Assembly (NCBI RefSeq): GCF_009914755.1
Contig: NC_060927.1
Direction: 5' to 3' (one strand)
Length of the DNA: 64,000 nucleotides
DNA from: the human T2T-CHM13v2.0 reference genome, Homo sapiens
Shown here: positions 31,485-45,466 of the stretch, piece after piece
How positions within the stretch are numbered: the stretch's first letter is position 1
Layout: the number at the start of each line of letters is the position of its first letter
The notes under the pieces: generated by a model
Databases searched by the model: none
The model's input: the letters and a program-made list of their open reading frames with translations, nothing else
What the model was told of the DNA's origin: nothing
Translations under genes and position numbers: made by a program

Positions 31485-31640
31485 ATCCTCTATAGGTGCA
31501 CAGGTTGTACACTACACAAAGGAGCACAGCAAGGAGAAGCTGAAATTCAACTCACTTTCCACTCACCAAGCCTTGAAGCAGAACTGCAGTTTCCTACCTG
31601 AGGTAGTAGACAACATTTTCTCATTTGTATTAAGGAGCCA
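31485..31640 (-). mobile_element. MER91A-like hAT MITE
   Basis: caggttgtacactacacaaaggagc...gctgaaattcaac...gccatatgaaccagt. Confidence 0.6.
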
Positions 31641-31829
31641 TATGAACCAGTAGTGATCAGATGACAATTACATAAAATACAAGAAAATTACATAAAATAA
31701 TGATTATATTTTATTATTTTTATAATTACATTATAAAAATTATATAAAGCAATATATGTAAAGCACTTAAATCCAGGCCCAGTACATTACAAGAGTGTAG
31801 TAAATGGAGCTATTACCATTAAGGACAAA

Positions 31830-32340
31830 TAGAAGAAAAAGGGTTCTTCAGAACAATGAGTAATGCCATGTACAGATAATTGACATGAAAAGTAATTAAA
31901 GTTCTGATAACCATAAGAAAAATTATTCATAAGTAATTAAAGAAAACCATATTAAAACTAGAAACCATCTTCCTCTAAAAATGGCAAACGCTTCTAAAAA
32001 GTAACACTCAGTGAAAGCAGAACTGTGAAATGGGCTATCTTCATAAGAGACAAATAAAAGAGTGGGTTGTTACCTCCCACTTTCTGAAAAAACTTGATGT
32101 GTATCAAGAGTTCAGAAACAACCTATATCTTTCATGTCTTGGTGATATCCCTTGTTCAAATTTAGCCAAAAAAAAAAAAAATCAGAGTTGAGATGCAATT
32201 GAAGGTTTATGTTTGAGAGTATTTGCTGCAGCATTATTTGTAATGGCCAAAGATTGAAAATAACCAACGTGTCCAACAGTGAGGGACTGGTTGCTCCAAA
32301 ACAAATACATCGGAATTGAAATAAATCGAATGGAAAAAGG
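31830..32340 (+). mobile_element. Old L1ME 3' fragment
   Basis: gcagcattatttgtaatggccaaagattgaaaataaccaacgtgtccaacag. Confidence 0.6.
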
Positions 32341-32489
32341 AGGAGAGAAAAATGAAGTGTTGCCCCAACTCATCATTATTTCTTTTGTTCCTTCCTTTTT
32401 GGTAAATTTACGCTTCCACTTTAATCTTTGGGGCACTGTTTCTCGTCTTGTGGGAAGCAAACAATTGCTTGTTGGTAGTATGTGAGTGG

Positions 32490-32910
32490 TGTCTTGGGTT
32501 AGGTTTCCGAAAGACAGAGTCTGAGACAGAGGTTTGGCTGTGCATGGTTTATGGAGAAGGAGCTCTCAGAAGAAAGGGAATGAGAAAGCAGAATGAGGTA
32601 CAGGAAGGAGCTAGGCAAGACTGGGGTCTCAGCTGGAGCCTGCTTCAGCCTGACCCCATGGGGAGCTCTGGAGCAAGAAGTGCACATTGGAGTTAGTCCC
32701 TGCTAAGGCTAGGGGGCTGCTCTGTTGTACCTCTGTGTCAGTCACCATGGGATGCACGATGGATGGGGGAAGCATAACCTCCAAGTTGAGGTGGCTCCTT
32801 TTGATGGCAATTCTCCTGAACAAGAAGCAGCTGTCAGCCATCGGCTGCCAATCCTGAACAACCAGTCTGGTAAAGCGGGCCTGAGCAGGACAGCAGGGGT
32901 GTCTCCTACA
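32490..32910 (-). mobile_element. LTR16-family LTR
   Basis: tgtcttgggttaggtttcc...cagagtctgagacagagg start. Confidence 0.65.
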
Positions 32911-33172
32911 AGAGGAGAGAGGCTGGGTATTCTGATTCACGTCGTGGTGTATGAAAAATGGCAAGAACGTCCACAGCATGGTAATTATCACATTTCCTCA
33001 GTTATCTGTGTAACTTTGCCTGCCGCATGCTTATGTTTTCATTGAGTCATTAGGTAACTTGCTGGTTAAACTGTATGTCATGGGGGAAGAGTTCTGGCAA
33101 CTTACTTCAGTGAAATGCAAGTTTATGGTCATTGCTGACAGCCTGGAACCTGCTATTTCAAAAATGCTTTCT

Positions 33173-33487
<315 letters not shown>

Positions 33488-34719
33488 CTATGTAGTAAAT
33501 AAAAGGCCTATTGAAAAGCAAGCAATTGAAAATGCAAGTGATGCCACTTTAAGGTTTGGGGAGGTGACAGCTTTTAAACAAATTGGCCATCTTATAAAGA
33601 CCAAAAAAAAAAAAAATAGAATATGGAAAGCAAGACACCTTTCCTCATTCATCTCTGGATTATAAGCAAAAAGCTCTGTCTCCCCAGGAAGCCCAGAAGC
33701 CACCGAGGAAAGTTCTCAGTGAATGAACAGGAGTCATAGCTGTCCTCCACCTCCCTGCTCATGACCTGCAGGGAGCAGCAGTGTGTGAGGTCCGGAGGAA
33801 AGCTGGGATCCCCAGGCTGCCACTGGCTTGACTAGGCAGGAGAGTGGCTGCCAGAGCCAAAGGGCAACTCACTGGTAGCTGGCAAGGCCATCTCAGGCCC
33901 ACCCCATTAAATTAGTATTAGCCAGGGATGCATGCTCCAGTTCACAGTTACATGCTCAGCCAAGGATAATTTCCTTCCCACACAATGAGGAGAAATAAAC
34001 AGTTTGCATGAGTCCTCAGCTTTATATCCAGGTTTATCCCAGCCAACTCCAGAGCCAATCCACTGAAAAGTGTCCAGTTTGTGCTCCTGTCTAGGTATTT
34101 GAATAATAATCTGTAATTCTTATCCTCAGAGAAGCCCAGGGCTCACTGGTGTGCTCTCTCTCTCTCTTTTTTCCCTACTTCCCCCCCTTGCAAGCCCCTT
34201 TTCCTAGCTGCCTATATTAGCTCTAACTTAATTATCCCTCTCTGAAAGAGAAGAACAAGTTTCTCAAGGATTCTCTTATGGACTCAGATTAGGAGCACTT
34301 GGGCAGTGAGGTATTAGATGCACATCAGCAATTCTACAAGTGCATATTAAAGCACCCACTGTGTCCTAGGCCCAAAAGTCATGTACAGGAATTAGACAGG
34401 AACCCCAGGGCTCCCTATCTAGTAAAGACAAAGATATAAACACAATTAGTACAGCCGTTCACATCTCAAGTGTATTTGAATTATGATTTATTGTTTTGTA
34501 ACTCAAGTCTATTCTATTTCTAGCCTTTATTCTGCCCCAGTGACAGAAACATACACAACCTGGGGTTTGTTCCCCTCTCTTCTCCCTGGAGCTGTGTCTC
34601 ATTTCCAGGAGTTTAGTCAAGGCAGAGATGTCTTGGTTATTGGCTAACAATGGGAGCTGGGCACGGTATCCCTCAGCCTGGCTGGTCTTTGGTCTACTGA
34701 GGAGGGGGTGGCAGTGGGG

Positions 34720-35340
34720 GCATGAGACCATTTCTGAAAGATAATTCTGACATTGGGTGGAAGATGGAGTTAGGAGGCAGGCAAAGACTGTAGGCAGGAG
34801 GAGGAATTCAAGGGTTAAGTATCCAGGGAAAGAATGATGAATTTGGTCTGGATTCGATAGTGATAGAAGCAGGGAGGAGGGAAAAGAATGGAGAGGAGTT
34901 TGAAAGGCAGAGTTTATGGAATTTGTGACTGATGACATGCGGGATAAGAGGAAAGGTGGCAATGAAGGTTTCAGTCTTGGGTGACTACATGGCAAGTGGT
35001 GCCCCTCCCACACCAGTAGTTTTATCCAGGTCCATACTTAGCAACTGCAGAGCCAATCCATAGGAAAGCAGGGGAGCAGGGGCCTGGCCTGGCTGAGTAC
35101 CAACTGAGGTGTGAGCAGAGAATCACAGATGTGGGCATCCTCACAACTCAGGTGCTCAGTTGTGCCAAGGACAAGGATGGGACTACCAGGAAGAACGCAG
35201 AGCCAAAGGAAAGAGCTGAAGACAGAGACCTATAGAGCATCGATATGCAAGGGGTAGACAGAGAAGTCACAACGGTGAGGAGATAGGAAGGGGGTGAGCA
35301 CAGAGGCTGTTAGATGCACCAAAGGGAGAGTTTCCAGAAG
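34720..35340 (-). mobile_element. L2 fragment
   Basis: Purine-rich L2 antisense pattern (ttgaaaggcagagtttatggaatttgtgactga). Confidence 0.6.
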
Positions 35341-36149
35341 GATATTTTCCAGCAAGATCATGGTCTCTTTACCATGGTCATGAACTGAACTTACTTACTA
35401 GACACCAGATGATTTGAAATTTAAAAGAAAGAAACGATCCTTTTACTGAAAGAGCAGTTACAATTTTGCAGAAGCAGATCAGCTACAAAGAACATTTGTA
35501 GCTGAAATGAGAAAAACTCAAAATCATGATGCTAGGAACATGGGTTGGTCCAGTAACAAGTGAGACAGAAAAAGGACTGAGGAGAAACGTAAGGAGAGGA
35601 ATGGAGAACAACCAGTTGGGAAGAAGCAACTGAGATAATTGAATCTGATTTGAGCATGCTAGAAATGAACACACACTGAAAGAGTCCTTCTGACCAGGCT
35701 TGGCAGAAACACCCAAGTATTGGTTTGATGAAATGCCAGGAGGCATGAGTGTAGAATAGTTGGCTTCCCAAAATCTAGATTGCAGGACAATCTAGAATTA
35801 CATCATGCCCCAGACTGCTAGTTATAAGATGGCAGAGTAAAGAAGTTTCTGGTACCCTTTTCTTTTGGAAATGCCTCAAAACAACAAGGAGAAGGAGAGA
35901 CAGGACACAGGACACAAACTCCATTTTTGACAGAACTAGGGACATCTGTAAAGCTGAGCCACAATACATGAGGAAGAGTTGCCAAATGCAGAGAAAATTA
36001 GACAGAGTTCTGGAAGATGGGAAAAGCACAAAATAAGTGATAAACCCTGAGGGGTGAATTTAACAATTCTATCTTTGGATCCAGATGGGTTTTGTGAGTT
36101 GGCAGGGGGACTTCCCTGGATTCTACAGAATCACAGAGGTGATGGGCCA

Positions 36150-38070
36150 AATATCCACAAGTGGAAATCATGTGGGTAATACACATAATTCTCTGATTAC
36201 AATGCAATTGGACTAAAAATGAATGACATAGGCTTTAAAACACCATGTCAGAATCTATGGGCTACAGCTAAAGAGTTCTCAGAGAAAAATTCATAATCTT
36301 AAGCATACATTATAAATAAGATGAAGAGAGATGAATTACACATACATTCTCAAGGAGTTATAAAAAGAACAAAAAATAAGGCTATTAAAGCAGAAGAAAA
36401 TAATAAATAAAGCCAGAAATCAATTTATTATAAAATACAAAAAACAGTAAAACTACATAAAAAGAGATATAGATAAGAGAAAGAGAAGACAGACAGACAT
36501 ATGTTCTTTGACAGGGAAAAATACATCTAATAAAATAGAAAATCCTAAGCTAAAGTAAGGACTAAAGGTGTGAAGCATGAAAAATTAAAAATGAAAATGT
36601 GAAAATGTGCAAATATAGAATATATTAAAAGAAGCATAAGAGAGACTATTTTTATCACTTATATTCCAGTGATTTGGAAAACCTGAATGTAGAATTGTCC
36701 AAGAAGACATAAATTACCAAAATTGAACCCCAAGATACAGGCAATTTAAATAAGCCAATTACTGTCAAGTAAAAAAAAAACTAGAAAAAAAAATTGTCAA
36801 ATAGCTACTTATCACAAAAACACCAAGTCCAGATGGTTTCACAGGGAAAACCTACCAAAACTATAAGGAATAGCAAAGCTGATGCTATTTAAAATTGTTG
36901 CAGAACAGAGAAAAAGAAAGATTCAAAATTATTTTTATGAAGTCACCACAACACTGATACCCAAATCCAACAAAGATAGCAGACAAAAAAGAAAACTACA
37001 GACTGATCTCACTTGCGAATGTTGACAAAAAATACATAACTTAAAAATGCTAGCAAGTAGAGTCCAGCAACCAGTTAGCTAGATACCTAACATAACATGA
37101 TTAATTGGAGTGTATGCCAAGAGAAAAAATATGGCTCGATATTATAGAACATATGAATATAACTAATCATTCAATCACACAAATGGAAACATTATAAGGT
37201 ATCTACAGAGGTGCTGAAAAATGATCAGATAAAATTCATATCCATTCTTGATTTTAGTGCAAGTCACCAATTTTCCCAATTTGTTTGGGACTGAGAAGTT
37301 TCCCAGGAACAAGACTTTCAATGCCAAAACTGGGAAAGGCCCAGGCAAAAGGGACAGGTTGGTTACACTCATTTTGATAGAAATAGACAAATACTTTTTT
37401 ATCCATAGAGACAGAGAGAAGCATGGCTCTGTACAAGCATGCATCTCAACCCAAACAGCAGCATCACAGAAACACTGCAAATATCATCAGTAAAGTCAGG
37501 AAGAAGTCAGCGACATCCACTGACACCATATTATTTTAACATTGTTATGGAAGTACTAGCCAATGCAATTATGTAGGAGAATAAAATTAAAAGTACAAAA
37601 AAACAGGAAGGAGGAAATAACATTACCACTACCTACAGTTAATATGATTGTATACCTGTAACACCTAAGAGAATCAACTAAAATTTCAAACAATGAAAAA
37701 CAGGTAAGGCAGTTGGGTGTATAATAATAAAACAAAAAATAGAAAGTATTCCTACAAAAAAAATGGTAAGCTGTTAGAAAATGTCATAGACGAAAAGATA
37801 CCCTTGACAAGAGAAACAAAAATATAAAATATCTAGAACTAAATTTAAATAGAATTGATTCAAATTAACAAGATATACAAGGTGTATGAAGAAAACTTAA
37901 ACTGAGGTAAATATGGAAAAGAAAAGTTGAAGAAATTAATACGCATATTCCATCCTTGCATGGGAAGGCTGTCAATTCTCCCAAAAGTAATCTATATATG
38001 TAATGTGAGAAGAATAAAAATACCAACAGAATATTCTTTTTGGACTAGAAAACTGAATTTTGAAATGTCT
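36150..38070 (+). mobile_element. Old L1M ORF2 remnant
   Basis: Colinear with L1 ORF2 (ccaagtccagatggtttcacagggaaaacctaccaaa, ttttaacattgttatggaagtactagcc). Confidence 0.8.
37259..37370 (+). mobile_element. MER81 (hAT-Blackjack MITE) in L1M
   Basis: gggactgagaagtttcccagga...gactttcaatgccaaaactgggaaag. Confidence 0.75.
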
Positions 38071-38834
38071 CTTGAGAAGCACAACACAGCAGACCTTCCA
38101 AAAAGTAATTGTTATTCATCTCTCCCAGTGCTCCTCATCACAGCATCCTGGCTTCCCTTCCTTTTCGCTTTCCTCTTTCTCACCCCACTCCCCACATACC
38201 TGACGGATTTTCTCATCTTCCCAGGCTACCCCTCCCAGACTCATCCTTTTCTACTTAAGTAATTTGACCTGCTTTCAAATTCCACCCTCTCCTTCCCAGT
38301 ATTCTCCCTGAACACAACAGAAGGCACATAGCCATCTAAGCAGCAAAGACTCTTTCCTCCATAGATGGGAGCTGGGGGGAGATTGAGAGATGGGGAGCAG
38401 GATGAGAGGGAAGCAGACAACTGTAAATACCCACACACACACACCTTTTAACTACTGCAAGTTTTGGATTGCTGTAACACTTTAATAAACAATGTGTATT
38501 AATTAGCTTTGCAAATAATAAGCACTATAATACTAGCCAAAACTTTAATAAGACAGTCAACAAGAGAACAATAATCATTCATGTTGAAATTTCAAAACCC
38601 ATGCACCAAGATGTACATAAACTATAACTTGACATGACTGAAAAAATTCTATGCATTTTTTAGTTTTTTCTCAGGCCTCTAATATTTGTACACCTTCTCT
38701 TTTATCTTTCTTTACAAAATTTAAAACAGGATCTAAAAAATTGACCCTCTCTAGAGAATGTGCCATCTGTAATTTAATTATTTCTAGTGAGGGATAATTG
38801 CCATGATCCATAACTCCACATCCTTGCTTGTCAC

Positions 38835-39206
38835 TGTATCAGTCAGGATTTGCTAGATTATGGTGTGATAACAAACAATGTCAAATCTTCCTGGCTTTAA
38901 ATAATGGAGTTAATTTTTCACACATAGAACATGTACAATGCAGGTTGTCCAGGGCTTTGCTCATTGCAATTACTTAGTAACCCCCAACTCCCATTTCTAC
39001 TATCATAGAGGCAGGATAATGGGAACGTGGCAACTCACACACTGTTCTTAAAGCTTCTGCCCAGAAGTGACACACATCACGTCCTCTCACATGCCACCGG
39101 CCAGAGCAAATCTCATGGCATGCCTGATTACAACCGAGTGGGAATGTATCCTTCTCCCTGAGACAGAGGCACTGGATGTTTTTGCACAGTGATACAGTCT
39201 ACCAAA
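38835..39206 (-). mobile_element. MLT1J-type LTR
   Basis: tgtatcagtcaggat...cttaaagcttctgcccagaagtgacacacatcac. Confidence 0.75.
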
Positions 39207-40539
39207 ATCCCCTTTGTTCCCAAGGCCATGGTGAAATGAAAAGCCAGACTGAGCTCTGCAAGAGAACATAGCCAAGTGGCCCACCAAAGAGTAAACCCAG
39301 GGCCCGGACCACATTTGCTCTTGGACTTTCAACCAGGTGGAAGTAAGGATATTTGCTCTCTCTGGAAACTTCTGACCTCTTGGGAAGAAGGTGAAAGGGT
39401 GGCAAATATTTGAGAAATAAGTTCAATTTTTCAGACAAAACTCAAACAAAGGCTTTATTTTGTTGTGAAGTGACCATATTTTGGGAAGGAGGAAAAAGCA
39501 AATGAATATATTTTCTCTACATTTCTCAAACTTCCAAATATAAATGAGTGGGCCAAGGCTAAGTATCTCAAAAATGTCTTGATTGCAGATACACAAGTAT
39601 CCATACTTATGTTATTCATTTAGTCTAGTCAAGTTATAAAAATTATTATGCCACAACCCGGGTGTGTTTCTCTGTCAGGAAATGAAAATAAAATATCATG
39701 GCCCTAGAAGCTTAGCTTTTTATTTTAAAACTCTATTGATACTGATCCATTCCCATTTTCATGATTCTGTTCAAAATTCGTCTTCAATAAACCGTCTCCC
39801 CCAATCTAGATAGCATGTATTTTCAACTGTATCTACTCTACTCATTGCTCTCTGAGTTTACATATATTTTATTCTTTATCTATATATCATGTTCTCAGTT
39901 TTATATTTTTGTTACATACTTGCATATAATTTGCTTTTCTCCTCATTGAGTTCATTACATTAAATGTGCATGTATATACACACACACATAGAGAGAGAGA
40001 GGAGACAGATAAATTCAACTTAAATAAATTTTTTATCCTTTTCACAGCAAGCGGAAACCCCAATTTAAACTGAATTACATAATGAGGAAATTTGTTATAA
40101 CTATATATAACTATATACTTATTATAACCATGTAACTTTGTATTATAGCTAATCATAACTATGTAGTCTTATTGACCTTTAATATAACTATACAGTCCAG
40201 AGGTCTGATGAGCTTCAAAGTTAATTAAATTAGAGGTCCAGCGATGTCATCAAGAATGCAGATGCTTTTTCTCTCTCCACTCTGTCATTCTTCAGGTTGG
40301 CATCCTCTTTGGATTAACAGGAAGATGGCTGTCTTCTTTCCTTGTAACTTGTTAAGGATCAGTGAAATTATGGAATTGCTCCAGGAAGACCTCTAACACA
40401 CAATCCCCTCACACTTACTGGCCATAATCAACTGTCCATTCCTGTATTAATAATGGGCAAAGGTGAAGGAATTACCAGTGTTGGCTTGGAATGGATGTGA
40501 AGAGCCAACTGCAATGTCCTCCACAATGTGCAACCCACA

Positions 40540-40865
40540 GTAAGCTTCTACTTCAAATCACTTCCTTTCTCTGTCTCAGTTTTCTTATCTAACAAGCCAG
40601 GGGCTGAAATTGATGATTTCTAAGTTTCATTCTGCATCTAACATTCAATGACTCACGAGTCTTTAAGAGCAAGAATGTGAGATGCAGATAATATTATCTC
40701 TCTGAGCTTCAAATTTACCATCTATAAAATGAGAGAATACCTATCTCATTGAATTGTTGGGAGGGTTGATTGAGGTAATACAATGAAGCATCTAGCACTA
40801 TGGCTATCACATTGTAGTTACTCAACAAATGACATCATAGTGATGGTTATTATTTTATTTATTAT
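40540..40865 (+). mobile_element. Two MIR/MIR3 fragments
   Basis: ctgtctcagttttcttatct and ctctgagcttcaaatttaccatctataaaatg cores. Confidence 0.7.
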
Positions 40866-41578
40866 GCAGAGACAATGACATTCCTAAGAAAACTTGAGAA
40901 CTAATAGGGAACAAGGGGCTGCTTTTTCAAAAACAAATAAATAAACTAATTATCTCTGAAGTTGTTTTGTTTTGTTCTGTTCTTTTTTGCTTTGTTTTTG
41001 ATAGCCCTTTAACTTAATCTTTTTAAACTCATCTTTTGAACTGAAAATAGCTTCATTATTTTCAAGACATATTTCCAGAGGGGAAATCACATTAAGATTG
41101 CTACGCCCTTGTCACCATTAACTGTTATTTGCATCTAAGGAGGAAAACATGTCATTTACGTTCCAGATGCTGAGTGTACAATTTATTTTTCTAAGGGCAC
41201 AGGTATGTTTCCTTATTGTTTAGTTCTACTTTGCCTGTATTTCACAAATCACTGGTGCATGCAATTATTAACATTTAACAAACAACTTTTTTTTAACTCT
41301 GTCTTCCATGTCATCTTTGGGCTAGAATGCAATAGCCAATGCTTCAACTAAGCAAAATAATTCATTACACTCACTGACTGTACTCTCTAAAAAGGGGACT
41401 TTGCTTCTCTGCATGTAGGAAGCAGAGAATGTTTTACTCAAGAGTAGAGAGCAATAACATTTACTAATTTTTTTGGGAATGCATCCCCATTTTGGTAAAA
41501 ATATTTATAGACCATTGCAGGGTCAACTCCTTTTTAAGAGGACTACAGCAAATGCAAACATCAAATTATTTCTGATTG

Positions 41579-41774
41579 GGCTGGGCACAGTGGCTCATGC
41601 CTGTAATCTCAACACTTTAGGAGGCTAAGATGGGAGGACTGCTTGAGGCTAAAGACTACTGACCAGCCTGGGCAACACAGGCCATCTCAACAACAAAAAA
41701 AATTTTTAAATTAGCCAGCTGCCACTGCACTCCAGCCTCCTGGGTGACAGAGAGAGACTTGGTCTCAAAAAAAT
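41579..41774 (+). mobile_element. AluJ with a large internal right-arm deletion
   Basis: gggaggactgcttgagg, perfect 16-bp TSD aaattatttctgattg (41563-41578 and 41775-41790). Confidence 0.9.
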
Positions 41775-41920
41775 AAATTATTTCTGATTGACCTGAAACA
41801 AAATTATCAGACCACTTCACCCATTGAAAGATACTTGATTCATTTAGGTTGTGAAAACTTTAGTGACTTTAAAAAGCAGAAAAACTAAGTCTTCTCTGTC
41901 AGAGGATTCTATTATCACCT

Positions 41921-42008
41921 TAGTTTAACCCCAGCAGATTTAAATAATTCAGAATAATTCATGTTAGTTTAACCCCAGCAGATTTAAATAATTCAGAATA
42001 ATTCATGT
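41921..42008. repeat. Perfect 44-bp tandem duplication
   Basis: tagtttaaccccagcagatttaaataattcagaataattcatgt occurs twice in tandem. Confidence 0.98.
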
Positions 42009-42048
42009 CAGACTTTCATAATTAGTACAGAATAATACAGATCCTAAG

Positions 42049-42645
42049 TGTGAGGAGGTTTCGAGAAAAGATATTTGCTAATGGCTGGAGTCATAAATAT
42101 AGTCTCCAAAAGACCTGCCAGGTTCTTTGTCTATCCTGAGAACTGAAACCAACAAACCTCTCTGTCCTTGTGCTAAACAATTATGGGACAAAACATTCCT
42201 TCTATTTTCTTATCAACTTAATTGAGGAGTATTTATATACAAGCAAAACCTCAGGGCTAAACAGTACTGAAATCGGACAAAAATAAATAAATTAACTACC
42301 TGATCCAGGAAATACTTGCACTTAGAAGATAAGACCATAAAATAATGAAACAGTTTACTTTCGGACACCAATAGCTGCCTCACCAATATACACACCCCAA
42401 AACCCTCACTTCTATATTACATAAAATATTATGTCATAAACTCTGCCTGATTCCAATAGTTTTCTGCCTCGAAAGACTCACCTTAAAATTCTCCAGCCCA
42501 GGTCCTAAACCCACTAAATATCCTCCCTGACTATCCCCTTCTGAGCTATTACTAACACTGTCAAGGTAGTGTTCTCCTTAATTGTAGAAAGTCTAATAAA
42601 CTTAGCTTTGCTAAATCAACAGGCTTTTCTTTTGGAGTATTGACA
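42049..42645 (+). mobile_element. MER67-like solo LTR (ERV1)
   Basis: TG...TTGACA ends; ctgtcaaggtagtgttctcc...aagtctaataaacttagctttgc. Confidence 0.55.
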
Positions 42646-43659
42646 GCTAACAATCCTTTCCTACAGAAAAATCTCTCAGAATAGATCACAGAGCTGCATA
42701 AAGTATTTCCAAACCTTCTTCCCAATAGATCCTCATTTCCTGGTCAATCACAATTAATAAATAACTACTATTTTCTATGTACATGGCTGTGCATCAGAGA
42801 TTGTGTCAAAGTGTCAAATATAGATCATGTCCTTCTGAGCCTGCAGAGTAGTCTTGGAGAGAGATATAGGACTGAGAAACCAGCAAGCACAAGCAGCCAG
42901 TACATGTTTGGTGTAGGATGAGTGGTACAGACCTTAGAGTCGGGAGGGCCCAGAGAAGGGATGTCCCTGAGGCCTGAGAGACAGGCAAGCTGCTGGGACA
43001 ACCTGTTTACATTTTCTGTCTCTCACAGCCTCCCGAGATAACCTCCTCAGTCCTTCTCCAGGCCCCCTTACTGAAACCAAAGCATGACTGTTTGTAATTC
43101 ATGAATATATAGGATGAGTTTCCTTTCCATTTAAACTGCAGAAGACAATGAAAGATGTTTGAAAGAAAACCCAATTAAGTATTCAAAGGATTACAAGGGC
43201 CAGGAGAAACCCAAATAGCTATTCCTTTGTCCCTAACCTCGGTCCTTCCTTGCTGCCATTTAAATTCCGCCCAATCACATGCAACAGCTATTTATTCGCT
43301 TGGATGTTTATTTCCTCAAATGCCAAGGCAGCATCAAAGACTTTCCATGTGGCATGAAGAAATCCTTTTGAATATAACTTCCGTATTTGTTCTGAAAAAG
43401 CAACCAACAATTAAGAATCTCCACTATTTCATGGGCGTGAAATACAAAATGTCAAAAGCACATCCAGAGACACTTCTAGACTCTCTCCTCCTCTAAGCCT
43501 GTAACTGAAAGGACAAAGCAGCTTAAACCAAACACAGCAGCAGAGTGTAAAAAATCATCCCACACAGTGCTGCTCCTCAGGTACCACCCACTGTCACCAC
43601 CAAATTTTAGGTACCTTTCTCCCATTGCCTCACCCTTGTTGATTTGTACTCTTTAGCAC

Positions 43660-44260
43660 TTAGATTTGGAGACAACTCCTTGGACTTGAGTCCTTGGCTT
43701 AGCCCTGCCTCTTACCAATGATGTGAATTTGGACAGGTCACATAATTCCTTTATGCTTCAGTTTTCTCACCTATAACAATGAGACTGCTAATACTGAATA
43801 TCTCACAGATTCTAGGAAGCATTAAATTATTACAATAATTTAATAATGGATGTACAGCATTTATGCTAGCTAAAATGTATTCTGTTATGCTGTAGTAATA
43901 AACCCCCAAATCTCAATGATTTCACCCAGCAAAAGTCTATTTCCTTTTTATCCTATATGTCCCAATTGGATCATTAGCTTCTCAATACATGCTTAGATGA
44001 TGAGAAAAGAATATGGCAAAAGTCAGACGGTTTTCAAAGATCCCACCCAGAAGTGTCCTCTACCAGTTTCACTTACTAACATTTTGTTGATCAAAGCAAG
44101 TCAAATAGCTATGCCTACTTTCAGAGAGAGGTAGAGAAATAGAATCCTATCATGTCCCAGAAAGGGTAGAAAAACTACCACATATTTTAACAGTCCTAAT
44201 GGCTACCAAGGCATTAGAACATAAAGGTTAGCTATTATTGTTGTAGTTGTTATTATTATC
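43660..44260. mobile_element. MIR (+) interrupted by an MLT1J-type LTR (-, about 43876-44209)
   Basis: MIR core at about 43720-43800 and MIR tail at about 44210-44260 flank the LTR. Confidence 0.65.
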
Positions 44261-44377
44261 ATCCAGTGCATCATCATGTCAGAGCAAGAAAAAAAATCGC
44301 AGGAGTTCCACTGTATCCCATTTGTTTATTCACTCAATATTTATATTCATAATTATTCAATATTTATTGAGGGCTAT

Positions 44378-45140
44378 TGTATAATAGTTTGTCTGGTCTT
44401 TGTCCTGGGTATCTGGGAGGGAGCTTCTAAACCCTTGCAATTCCTTGAGTGATGGAGTGTATTTGTTATTTGTGGTGGGCTCTTGGAACTGCCCCTGAGT
44501 TTGTGTAACAAGGTGACATGTGGTAGGCCCCTAGATAGTTTCAGGAAAGGGACTGACTATACCAGAAAGACCAACCATGTGATTGGCAACTTGGAGCTTT
44601 GACCCACATGATATCAGCCCAACCTCCACGGAGGAGACAAGGTCTAGGATTGAGTTCAACCCCATAGCCAATGATTCAGTCATGCTTGTGTAATGAAACT
44701 CCAATGGAAACTCTAGACACCAACGCTTAGGTAAGTGTTCCTGGTTGCTAAACACGTCAACAGGTTGTGATGGTAACACATTTGGATTTGACAGGGAGAT
44801 GACATGCAAACTCCATGTCTGGGATTCTTCCAGATCTTGCCCTATGGTCTCTTCTTTTAGATGGTCCTGATTTGTATCCTTTATAGTAAAACTATAATTG
44901 TAAGTGTAGCACTTTCCTGAATTCTGTTAGTCATTCTAGCAAATTATCAAACATGAGGAAGTAGTAGGAATCCCCAAATTTGTAACCAGTTGTTGAGAAA
45001 CATGGTGGCCAGGGAACCCCCAAATTGTGGCTGATGTTGAAGTGAAAGCAGTCTTGTTAGAGATGCCCTTAACTGGGAAGTCTGTGCTAATTTCAGGTAT
45101 TTAGCATTAGAATTGCATTTCAAGGGTGTAGTACACACCA
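44378..45140 (+). mobile_element. MER21C-like LTR
   Basis: gtctggtctttgtcc...cccctagatagtttcagga...ccagaaagaccaaccatgtgatt. Confidence 0.8.
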
Positions 45141-45374
45141 AGCATCAGAGATATAGAAGTTAATGAAAGAAGCATGGTTCCATTCCCATAGACCTCATAG
45201 TCAAGAGAAGGAGACACATATTAAAAACAAACAAAAAAGGTCTAAAAGAAATATCATCATACACTGAGTACTTTTAATAAAAGAGGTGGACATTGTGGAA
45301 AAGAATAACTGGCTACACCTGGTAGCCTTGAGACTAAATTTTGCCCAAAGATGTGATGAGCTTAGCCCCAAGTT

Positions 45375-45466
45375 GTATTAGTTGTCAATCATTTAAAATC
45401 AGAAAACTTAGTACAAAAATCTAAATTTTGGTCTTCTCTTGAAAATTATGATATGTGACAACTCAA
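45375..45466 (-). mobile_element. MER103C-like fragment
   Basis: tttaaaatcagaaaa...caaaaatctaaattttggtcttctcttgaaaa. Confidence 0.55.

Noticed and set aside
34459-35013. 184-aa minus-strand ORF
   Set aside because: Overlaps L2 sequence; low-complexity S/L/P composition; non-ATG start.
41921-42008. Direct repeats as a possible CRISPR-like array
   Set aside because: Two adjacent copies with no spacers, in primate DNA.
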